From: an uncultured Bifidobacterium sp.
GTDB lineage: Bacteria; Actinomycetota; Actinomycetes; S36-B12; UBA5976
Reading direction: 5' to 3'
Assembly (NCBI GenBank): GCA_964655115.1
Contig: CAZZKM010000003.1
Coordinates: 9,198 to 73,197, forward strand
DNA length: 64,000 nt
Position 1 is the stretch's first letter, and every line of letters begins with the position of its first letter. Positions 8,937-16,817 of the stretch are shown here, piece by piece. The position numbers were made by a program, and so were the translations under genes. The notes beneath the pieces were generated by a model that searched no databases, was not told where the DNA came from, and saw only the letters and a program-made list of their open reading frames with translations.

Positions 8937-9740
8937 ATGACCGATTCCAAATATCAAGCAGCTCTGACCTATTCCTCATACCTAAAAGTAAATGAACTGC
9001 TGGAGTTACAAAAACCAGTTTCGCAAGGTCCAGAACACGATGAAATGTTATTCATAGTAATTCATCAAACATATGAGCTTTGGTTTAAGCAGTTGATTCA
9101 CGAATTTGATCAATCCATGAAACTCTTGAACGAAAATAAACTATTTGAATCAATGGCAGTGCTAGGAAGAATCAGAACGATTTACAAAATCTTGGTAGCC
9201 CAAATTGATATTTTAGAAACGATGACTCCTTTGCAATTTAATTCATTTAGGGGATTTCTAGAGTCAAGTAGTGGATTTCAATCTGCCCAGTTCAGACAAG
9301 TTGAAGCAATATTAGGTAGAAGAGATGAGAATATGATTACTCATTTTGATCCTAATTCAATTGAATATAAAAAAATTTCAACTTACATGAATAAAAAAAG
9401 TCTTTGGGATGTTGTTCTTAATTTTTTGGCACAAAGGGGAATAAAAATTTCTCAAAATATATTGAATAGGAATTATTCAACACAATATGAGCCAAGTAAA
9501 GAAGTGGAAGATGCACTTTTATATACCTACAGAAATGACGCAGAAGCGTCTTTACTTCTTGAAAAGTTAGTTGACATTGATGAAGGTCAACAAGAATGGA
9601 GATATCGACATGTAAAAATGGTGGAAAGAACTATTGGATCAAAGATTGGAACTGGTGGTTCAAGTGGTGCAAAATATCTTGCAGCAACACTTTTTAAACC
9701 TGCATTACCTGAATTGTGGAGTGTTAGATCTCAACTGTAA
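8937..9740 (+). CDS. kynA: Tryptophan 2,3-dioxygenase
   Basis: 267 aa. LTYSSYLKVNELLELQ, EHDEMLFIVIHQTYELWFKQ and GTGGSSG are typical of bacterial TDO. Confidence 0.88.
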   Translation: MTDSKYQAALTYSSYLKVNELLELQKPVSQGPEHDEMLFIVIHQTYELWFKQLIHEFDQSMKLLNENKLFESMAVLGRIRTIYKILVAQIDILETMTPLQFNSFRGFLESSSGFQSAQFRQVEAILGRRDENMITHFDPNSIEYKKISTYMNKKSLWDVVLNFLAQRGIKISQNILNRNYSTQYEPSKEVEDALLYTYRNDAEASLLLEKLVDIDEGQQEWRYRHVKMVERTIGSKIGTGGSSGAKYLAATLFKPALPELWSVRSQL

Positions 9741-10393
9741 TTTTTTAAAATTTTTTCAACGCTTTCAGGATTTTTTGAATTTTTTGAAAAATCATCGCCA
9801 GCTATTGGGTTTTCAGCAATTAATTTAAATGGAATAACACCTGACCATATTTCTGAGTTTAAATCACTTTCTGCTTCTTTTGGAGGGCCTGTTCTAATTT
9901 TTACAGATGTTTCAATTAAGGGAACAGAAACCAAGAGAGTTGCAGCAAGTTCTTTCTTTGTAGAACTTCTTATTTCACTGCTTCTATTTGGAGCCAATTT
10001 GTCAGTTAATTTATTTAAGTAGAAATCTTTTCTATCATCTTCAATTACTTCACCTTTACCAAATACAACAGCACTGCGATAATTCATACTGGATTCAAAA
10101 GAACTTTTAGCAAGCACTAATCCATCAAATAAAGTAACTTCAACACAGATTGGAATTCCAGAACCAATTCTTCTCATTAATCTTGAACCAGTTGAACCAT
10201 GAAGAAGAATTGAATCTTCCACTCTTGCAAATCCCATAGGAAGAACTATTGGATTATTTTCTTCGTCAGTAAAGCCGACATGACAAACTAAAGCTTCATC
10301 AAGAATTGAATATAAAACTTCTCTATCATTTATATCTCTATCAGTTCTTCTATTTGTAGTTTTAGAAGTTGAGCCAGGATTAGGAAGATTCAT
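9731..10393 (-). CDS. Pyridoxamine 5'-phosphate oxidase-like FMN-binding split-barrel protein
   Basis: 220 aa. The pattern HVGF..PIVLPMGFARVEDSILLHGSTGSRLMR resembles the PNPOx-like/COG3467 family. Its 3' end overlaps kynA by 10 nt, convergently. Confidence 0.6.
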   Translation of the reverse strand: MNLPNPGSTSKTTNRRTDRDINDREVLYSILDEALVCHVGFTDEENNPIVLPMGFARVEDSILLHGSTGSRLMRRIGSGIPICVEVTLFDGLVLAKSSFESSMNYRSAVVFGKGEVIEDDRKDFYLNKLTDKLAPNRSSEIRSSTKKELAATLLVSVPLIETSVKIRTGPPKEAESDLNSEIWSGVIPFKLIAENPIAGDDFSKNSKNPESVEKILKNYS

Positions 10394-10407
10394 TTATGCC
10401 TTTCATG

Positions 10408-10481
10408 TGCACCGCCAGGGATTCGAACCCCGGACCCACTGATTAAGAGTCAGTTGCTCTAACCAACTGAGCTAGCGGTGC
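10408..10481 (-). tRNA. tRNA-Lys (anticodon CUU)
   Basis: The reverse complement is GCACCGC TA GCTC AGTTGGTTA GAGC A ACTGA CTCTTAA TCAGT ... TTCGAAT ... GCGGTGC A. This is a canonical cloverleaf with no encoded CCA. Confidence 0.93.
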
Positions 10482-10501
10482 TTGGTAAAAATAAATAATA
10501 C

Positions 10502-11119
10502 CTATGAATAAATCTTTACAAATTCTGCTATCGCACCAACAATCATTTGCACTGCAATTGCAGCAAGTAAAAGCCCAGCTAGTCGAGTCAGAATTGAAAT
10601 TCCACCTACCCCCAAAATTTTGGTAATTGGAATTGAAAATCTAAGGAGTAGAAACAAAACTAAGTGAACGATTATTAATCCAAAAATAATTGTTGCTAAC
10701 TCTAGTGCTGTCTCTGATTTTCTAACAAAAATAATCGTTGCAGCAATTGCACCAGGTCCTGCAAGCAAAGGGGTACCAAGTGGGACTAATGCAATACTTA
10801 CTTCACTTTTATTTGTTGGATGACTATCTTTGCCTGTTAAAAGCTCAAGTGAAACTAAAAGTAAAAGTAATCCTCCTGAGGCTTGTAATGATGGTAAAGA
10901 AATATCAAGAAATCCAAGAATTTGATTTCCAAATAATGCGAAAGCGATGATCACAGAAAAGGAAACTAAAACTGCTTGTAATGCTAGTTGAATCTTTTTT
11001 TCTTTTGTTTCTTTTCTGGTTAATCCCATAAATATTGGCAATGAGCCAAGAGGGTCAATAATTACAAAAAAGGTAACAACTACAGATATAAATAGCGCAA
11101 TTATTTCTGCATTAACCAT
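10502..11119 (-). CDS. MarC/UPF0056 family integral membrane protein
   Basis: 205 aa, about six hydrophobic segments. The N-terminal IDPLGSLPIF motif is typical of the MarC family. Confidence 0.8.
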   Translation of the reverse strand: MVNAEIIALFISVVVTFFVIIDPLGSLPIFMGLTRKETKEKKIQLALQAVLVSFSVIIAFALFGNQILGFLDISLPSLQASGGLLLLLVSLELLTGKDSHPTNKSEVSIALVPLGTPLLAGPGAIAATIIFVRKSETALELATIIFGLIIVHLVLFLLLRFSIPITKILGVGGISILTRLAGLLLAAIAVQMIVGAIAEFVKIYS

Positions 11120-11139
11120 TTTTTCCTTTATCTAAAAAT

Positions 11140-11216
11140 TGGGGTGAGTAACGGGACTCGAACCCGCGACGTCCTGGACCACAACCAGGTGCTCTACCAG
11201 CTGAGCTATACCCACC
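11140..11216 (-). tRNA. tRNA-His (anticodon GUG)
   Basis: The reverse complement starts G-GTGGGTA (extra G-1, characteristic of tRNA-His). Anticodon loop TTGTGGT, T-loop GGTTCGAGTCC, ends CACC-CCA. Confidence 0.92.
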
Positions 11217-11268
11217 AAGTTTTAATTCTTAAGCAAACTTCAGTCTATCTTTAATAAAAATTTCTTTT

Positions 11269-11880
11269 TTATTCGTGTTCAACAATGAATCTATTTGCCA
11301 ATTCTTTTGCAATATCAGAACCTGGACCAGGTTGCGCCACCATAATTGCTTCTCGGTAATAGCGAAGTTCGGCAATGCTTTCTCTTATATCTGCCAGAGC
11401 TCTGTGATTACCAGTTTTTTCAGGTGCAGAAAAATATACTTTTGGATACCAGCGTCTTGCTAATTCTTTAATGGAAGAAACATCTATTACTCGATAGTGC
11501 AGATGTTCATCAAATTCAGGTAAGTCTCTGGCTAAAAATCCTCGATCAACATAAACACTAGAACCAGCTAAAGGAGCTTTTCTTGCTTCTGGAATGTGTT
11601 GTTTTACATATTCCATAATTTCTTTATTGGCTTCTTCAAGAGTTACTCCATGAGGTACTTCTCTTAATAAACCTGAAGCTGTATGCATTTCCTTTACAAC
11701 TTCAATCATGGAATCTAATTTTTCATCATCGCATTTAATAACAATGTCAATTCCTGGATCCATTTCATTCAAATGACTATCTGTTACAACAACTGCTATT
11801 TCAATGAGTGCATCTTTAGTAAGAGATAAGCCAGTCATTTCGCAATCGACCCAGACAATTAAGTCATTGCCATTTGCCAT
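11269..11880 (-). CDS. orn: Oligoribonuclease (DEDDh 3'-5' exonuclease)
   Basis: 203 aa. Motifs: LIVWVDCEMTGL (Exo I), HYRVIDVSS and the GNHRALADI H-motif. Confidence 0.9.
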   Translation of the reverse strand: MANGNDLIVWVDCEMTGLSLTKDALIEIAVVVTDSHLNEMDPGIDIVIKCDDEKLDSMIEVVKEMHTASGLLREVPHGVTLEEANKEIMEYVKQHIPEARKAPLAGSSVYVDRGFLARDLPEFDEHLHYRVIDVSSIKELARRWYPKVYFSAPEKTGNHRALADIRESIAELRYYREAIMVAQPGPGSDIAKELANRFIVEHE

Positions 11881-11917
11881 TTGAATCTTCCTTTAATTAA
11901 TAAAACTTTTTAAAGCG

Positions 11918-11990
11918 CGCGCCCGGAGGGAATCGAACCCCCAACCTACTGGGTAGAAACCAGTTGCTCTATCCGTTGAGCTACGGGCGC
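11918..11990 (-). tRNA. tRNA-Arg (anticodon UCU)
   Basis: The reverse complement is GCGCCCG TA GCTC AACGGATA GAGC A ACTGG TTTCTAC CCAGT ... GGTTCGATTCC ... CGGGCGC G. Confidence 0.92.
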
Positions 11991-12111
11991 AGACTATCTA
12001 TTTTGCTCTATTGCTCACACCACTTAGTTATCCCCAGTTTATTTGTGACTAAGAGTAACAACATCTATAGGTATTGCATCCTTAAATAACCTCAAATCAT
12101 AGGAGAAATAT

Positions 12112-12540
12112 ATGAATGAAATCTTGACTACCGTTGTTGGAAATGCGGTAACTGATGTCACAACAAAAACACTTCCTTCAGGCCGGCTTGTTGCAACTTT
12201 TCGAATAGCAAATAATCCAAAAAAATTTGATAAAAATTCAAATAATTTTATTGATTTAGATCCTAATTTTTTGCAAGTAAATTGTTGGACGAATTTGGCG
12301 GAAAATATTGCCCTAAGCATTCATAAAGGTCAGCCCTTAGTTGTCTTTGGAAAACTTAAAGTGAAACAAGTTAACGATGGTGAAAAGAATTCAACTTTTG
12401 TAGAAATTGATGCAATTTCTGTTGGACATGATCTCTCAAGGGGAGTTGCTGAATTTACCAAAATAAGAAAAAATCCAGAATTTTATGAAAATGAAAACTG
12501 GGGTGAGCCTAAAGAAGGAACTCAAAAATCTGTTGCTTAA
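12112..12540 (+). CDS. Single-stranded DNA-binding (OB-fold) protein paralogue lacking the acidic C-terminal tip
   Basis: 142 aa. The pattern VVGNAVTDVTTKTLPSGRLVATFRIA ... FLQVNCWTNLAENI ... KGQPLVVFGKLK follows the SSB OB-fold. The C-terminus ends ...KEGTQKSVA, with no D-D-D-I-P-F-like tail. It is the positional equivalent of Rv2478c, next to ettA. Confidence 0.75.
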   Translation: MNEILTTVVGNAVTDVTTKTLPSGRLVATFRIANNPKKFDKNSNNFIDLDPNFLQVNCWTNLAENIALSIHKGQPLVVFGKLKVKQVNDGEKNSTFVEIDAISVGHDLSRGVAEFTKIRKNPEFYENENWGEPKEGTQKSVA

Positions 12541-12562
12541 ACCTTTTGAGTAATCTTTATAT

Positions 12563-14233
12563 GTGGCTGAATTTATTTATACGCTTTCCAAAGCAAGAAA
12601 AGCTCATAACGACAAGGTCGTTTTAGATGATGTAACTTTGGCTTTTTTGCCTGGAGCAAAAATTGGTGTGGTTGGTCCAAACGGTGCAGGTAAATCTTCC
12701 TTGCTTCGAATTATGTCTGGAAAAGATGAAGTAAGTAATGGTGAAGCGATGCTTGCACCTGGAGCAACTGTTGGAATTTTAGAGCAAGAGCCACAATTAA
12801 GTGATGATAAAAATGTTTTGGAAAATGTTGAAGAAGCAGTTGCAAATACAAAAGCAAAATTAAATCGTTTTAATGAAATAAGTGAACAACTGGCAAATCC
12901 AGAAGCTGATTATGACAAATTACTTGCTGAAATGGGAAAACTTCAAGAACAACTTGATCATTTAGGGGCATGGGATTTAGATTCCCAATTAGAGCAAGCA
13001 ATGGATGCATTAAGACTTCCTCCTGCTGATGCTGATGTAAAAGTTTTATCTGGTGGAGAAAGAAGAAGAGTTGCATTAGCAAAACTTTTATTACAACAAC
13101 CGGATTTACTGCTATTAGATGAGCCAACAAACCATCTTGATGCAGAAAGTGTTTTATGGCTTGAACAACATTTAGAAAAATATCCTGGAACAGTTGTAGC
13201 AATTACACACGATAGATATTTTTTAGACAATGTTGCTCAGTGGATATTAGAACTTGATAGAGGTCATACATATCCATATCAAGGAAATTACTCAACTTAT
13301 TTGGAAAAGAAACAAGAAAGATTAAAAGTTGAGGGCTTGAAAGATGCAAAATTAAGAAAAAGACTTGAAGATGAATTGGAATGGGTAAGGTCCAGTCCAA
13401 AAGCAAGACAAGCAAAATCGAAATCCAGATTAGAACGTTATGAAGAAATGGCTGCAGAGGCTGATAAAACTAAAAAACTTGATTTTGAAGAAATTCAAAT
13501 ACCACCTGGTCCAAGATTAGGAAATCAAGTAATTGAAGTTACAAATCTTTCTAAAGGATTTGGCGAAAAATTATTGATTGATAAATTATCATTCACCCTT
13601 CCCCGAAACGGAATTGTTGGAATTATCGGACCAAACGGGGTTGGTAAAACCACACTTTTTAAAATGCTTTTAGGTGATGAAAAACCAGATTCTGGAGAAA
13701 TAAAAATTGGAGATACTGTAAAAATTTCTTATGTCGATCAAGGAAGACTTGGAATTGATCCAAAGAAAACTGTTTGGGAAGTTGTAAGCGATGGCCTAGA
13801 CCACATCAAAGTTGGCAATATTGAAATTCCTTCAAGAGCATATGTTTCAACTTTTGGATTTAAGGGACCTGATCAACAAAAACCTGCTGGAGTGTTATCT
13901 GGTGGTGAAAGAAATCGATTGAATTTGGCACTAACTCTTAAGCAAGGTGGAAACGTTTTGCTGCTTGATGAGCCAACAAATGACTTAGATGTTGAAACGC
14001 TAGCAAGTTTAGAAAAAGCATTATTGGATTTTCCAGGTTGCGCTGTAGTAATTTCCCACGATCGTATGTTTTTAGACAAAGTTGCAACACACATGTTGGC
14101 TTATGAAGGAGACTCTCAGTGGTTCTGGTTTGAAGGAAACTTTGATTCATATGAGAAAAATAAAGTCGAAAGACTAGGTCCAGAAGCTGCACGACCACAT
14201 AGAACTACTTACAGAAAATTAACTCGAAACTAG
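12563..14233 (+). CDS. ettA: Energy-dependent translational throttle ABC-F ATPase
   Basis: 556 aa, GTG start. N-terminus MAEFIYTLSKARKAH, two Walker A boxes (GPNGAGKSS, GPNGVGKTT), two ABC signatures (LSGGERRRV, LSGGERNRL), and no transmembrane domain. Confidence 0.93.
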   Translation: MAEFIYTLSKARKAHNDKVVLDDVTLAFLPGAKIGVVGPNGAGKSSLLRIMSGKDEVSNGEAMLAPGATVGILEQEPQLSDDKNVLENVEEAVANTKAKLNRFNEISEQLANPEADYDKLLAEMGKLQEQLDHLGAWDLDSQLEQAMDALRLPPADADVKVLSGGERRRVALAKLLLQQPDLLLLDEPTNHLDAESVLWLEQHLEKYPGTVVAITHDRYFLDNVAQWILELDRGHTYPYQGNYSTYLEKKQERLKVEGLKDAKLRKRLEDELEWVRSSPKARQAKSKSRLERYEEMAAEADKTKKLDFEEIQIPPGPRLGNQVIEVTNLSKGFGEKLLIDKLSFTLPRNGIVGIIGPNGVGKTTLFKMLLGDEKPDSGEIKIGDTVKISYVDQGRLGIDPKKTVWEVVSDGLDHIKVGNIEIPSRAYVSTFGFKGPDQQKPAGVLSGGERNRLNLALTLKQGGNVLLLDEPTNDLDVETLASLEKALLDFPGCAVVISHDRMFLDKVATHMLAYEGDSQWFWFEGNFDSYEKNKVERLGPEAARPHRTTYRKLTRN

Positions 14234-14235
14234 TC

Positions 14236-14880
14236 GTGAAAATTAAATTTTCTGCAGATGAGATTTTAAGTCTAAAAAATTTTTTAGAAAAACTTATTTT
14301 TTGGGACAAAAGAACTTTTCTAAGAATACAAATTAAAGGCAAAAATATTGGGATTTTTGGTTCAACCCCATTCAATTGTCTGGCCTTTATAGCTCTTCCT
14401 TTGCAGGAAGAGTATGAAGAATCAGATTTAGTTTTATCCTGCTCCGATATTTTGAATCAAATAAGTGAAAACAAAAATAATGAAATTAAAATTTTAGATT
14501 CAAATAAAGTTGCTCCAGAACTTGCCCTACTTCCACCCCAAGGTCCTTGGATGCCAGGAGAAAAAGGTATAGCAGGAGATGTATTTCCATTGGTCAAAGA
14601 AAGACTTAATCGATTAAAATCCCAAGTCGAGCCCTTGCAAATGTTGCAAAGTGAAAAAAATAAAAATTCAATCACAGAAGATGCTTGGAATGAAAATATG
14701 TGGGGTGGTATTACATTTGGTGCCTTAAATGTGGCTGCTGGATTAGGAATGTTGTCTTTTCCAAATTCAAGAATTAATGCTGCAACTTGTCAAGGTTGGA
14801 AAAGATTTGTTACACCAAGTGGACAAGTTTTTATAAGACCATTGAAAGCCGTAAGAAATTTACTTTCAGTAGTTAAATAA
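14236..14880 (+). CDS. Hypothetical protein, tightly coupled to ettA
   Basis: 214 aa. The GTG start lies 2 nt after the ettA stop. I recognise no family. Its 3' end overlaps glbO by 8 nt, convergently. Confidence 0.5.
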   Translation: MKIKFSADEILSLKNFLEKLIFWDKRTFLRIQIKGKNIGIFGSTPFNCLAFIALPLQEEYEESDLVLSCSDILNQISENKNNEIKILDSNKVAPELALLPPQGPWMPGEKGIAGDVFPLVKERLNRLKSQVEPLQMLQSEKNKNSITEDAWNENMWGGITFGALNVAAGLGMLSFPNSRINAATCQGWKRFVTPSGQVFIRPLKAVRNLLSVVK

Positions 14881-15259
14881 TCTCATCATTTCTAGTATTA
14901 ACCATTGAATTTGCAGCCATTAATAAATAATTCCAAATTTTTGTTTCTAAATCTGAATTTAATTTCTGTTTTTGTAATGCATTTTGCATATGGGTAAGCC
15001 AAGCATCCCTTGCTTTAAAATCGATAGCAAATGGCATATGACGCATACTTAATCTTGGATGACCTCGTTGTTCTGAATATGTTGTTGGTCCACCCCAATA
15101 TTGCATTAGAAAAAGAGAAAGTCTTTCTATAGCTCCATCAAAATCATTTTCTGGATACATGGGTCTAAGAATTGGATCATTTTTCACACCTTCATAAAAA
15201 TCTGAAACTAAGTTAATAAAAAATGATTCACCACCAAACTCTTCAAAATCAGAAGACAT
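14873..15259 (-). CDS. glbO: Group II truncated hemoglobin (trHbO)
   Basis: 128 aa. The MYPENDF...RLSLFLMQYWGGPTTYSEQRGHPRLSMRHMPFAI motif block is typical of trHbO. Its start overlaps the upstream stop (TAATG). Confidence 0.9.
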   Translation of the reverse strand: MSSDFEEFGGESFFINLVSDFYEGVKNDPILRPMYPENDFDGAIERLSLFLMQYWGGPTTYSEQRGHPRLSMRHMPFAIDFKARDAWLTHMQNALQKQKLNSDLETKIWNYLLMAANSMVNTRNDEII

Positions 15260-16767
15260 TATTTGGGTTCTTCAGCAACTTTTTTAATATTTTTAATCAT
15301 CCCTGGAAAAACAAATACATGAAATGGTGCAATTAGCCACCAATAGGAGTGTCCTGCTAATCCTTTGGGATAGAAAATTGCTGTTTGGGTCAATTTACTT
15401 TTTTGATCACCATTTTTTTCAACTCTGAATTCAAGCCATGCTTTACCTGGCATTTTCATTTCAGCTCTTAGTCTTAATAAATTATTTGGTATTTTTTCTT
15501 CTACTCGCCAAAAATCTAAAGTTTCTCCAACATTTAGATGATGAGGATCGCGTCTTCCTCGTCTAAGACCCACACCACCAACGATTCGATCAAGGATGCC
15601 TCTAATTTCCCAAGCCCAATCAAATGAAAAATATCCATTATTTCCCCCGATTGCTTCAACTATTTGCCAAACTTTTTCAGGTTCTGAATTAATTTCTTTT
15701 ATCCGTATATCTTTGTAAAGAGTTCCCCCGGACCACTCTGGATCACTTGGAAGCGGTTCACTTGGAATTCCCGGAATGGATGCACTCGACCATCTTGTTG
15801 ACACTTGAGCTTCTCTAACTCTCATTAAAGCCAAATCAACTGCTTTTTCAAAATTTGTTAAACCGTCGTGAGGATCGGGTAAATTTTTTTTAATCTCTGA
15901 ATCATGGCAAATTACTTCGTTAATTAAACTTTTTACAAGTGGTCTAGCAATTGAACCTGGCACAGGAGTTACAAATCCAACCCAAAGGCTTGAAAGTCTT
16001 GGAGTTAATAAAGGAACAGGAATTATTATTCTTTTTCTTAAATCTGCTACTTTGGCGTATCGATTCATCATTTCTTTATAGGTCAAAATGTCTGGGCCAC
16101 CAATATCAAAAGCTTGATTTAAATTTTCAGTAATACCAGCACTACCTACTAAGTAATATAAAACATCTCTTACCGCAATTGGTTGAATTTTGGTTTTAAC
16201 CCATTTTGGGGTAACCATCACAGGAAGTCTTTCAGTTAAATAGCGAAGCATTTCAAATGAAGCAGAACCAGAACCTATGACCACACCAGCTCTTAACTCA
16301 ATAGTTGGAACGCCAGAATTTCGCAATATTTCCCCGGTTATTTTTCTGGATTCTAAATGTTGGGATAGTTTTTGAGATGGGATTAAACCTCCTAAATAAA
16401 TAATTCGTTGCACACCATTTCTTTTTGCTGATTCAGCAAATATTTGAGCCATTTTAGTTTCAATGTCTACAAATTCATTTCCTTTATTTAGTGCATGTAA
16501 AAGATAGTAAGCAACGTCAACATCTTTCATCGCATTTAAAACATCGTTAGCATTTAATGCATCGCCTGAAATTATTTCAACTTTTGAATACCAAGCTAAA
16601 TCCCTTAATCTATCTGGAAATCTTGCAAAGACTTTTACTTTGTAACCAACATTAAGTAATTCTCGAATTAATCTTCCGCCGATATAACCAGTCGCACCGG
16701 TTACAAGACAAGTTGCATTTTCACCATTTGGCTTTTTTCTTACTTTTACCGACATTAGATCAACCAT
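15259..16767 (-). CDS. NAD(P)H-binding SDR-type protein with a C-terminal DUF2867-like domain
   Basis: 502 aa. N-terminal Rossmann motif LVTGATGYIGGRLIREL. The C-terminal part (GKAWLEFRVE...LTQTAIFYPKGLAGHSYWWLIAPFHVFVFPGMIKNI) resembles DUF2867. Confidence 0.75.
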   Translation of the reverse strand: MVDLMSVKVRKKPNGENATCLVTGATGYIGGRLIRELLNVGYKVKVFARFPDRLRDLAWYSKVEIISGDALNANDVLNAMKDVDVAYYLLHALNKGNEFVDIETKMAQIFAESAKRNGVQRIIYLGGLIPSQKLSQHLESRKITGEILRNSGVPTIELRAGVVIGSGSASFEMLRYLTERLPVMVTPKWVKTKIQPIAVRDVLYYLVGSAGITENLNQAFDIGGPDILTYKEMMNRYAKVADLRKRIIIPVPLLTPRLSSLWVGFVTPVPGSIARPLVKSLINEVICHDSEIKKNLPDPHDGLTNFEKAVDLALMRVREAQVSTRWSSASIPGIPSEPLPSDPEWSGGTLYKDIRIKEINSEPEKVWQIVEAIGGNNGYFSFDWAWEIRGILDRIVGGVGLRRGRRDPHHLNVGETLDFWRVEEKIPNNLLRLRAEMKMPGKAWLEFRVEKNGDQKSKLTQTAIFYPKGLAGHSYWWLIAPFHVFVFPGMIKNIKKVAEEPK

Positions 16768-16817
16768 GGATTAATTTTGCCTCGTAAATGTATTTTTGGC
16801 TAATTGACTAATGAATT

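Noticed and set aside
9634-9828. 64-aa ORF spanning the kynA/PNPOx convergent junction
   Set aside because: It overlaps both well-supported genes out of frame. Its sequence is low-complexity and Leu/Phe/Gln-rich.
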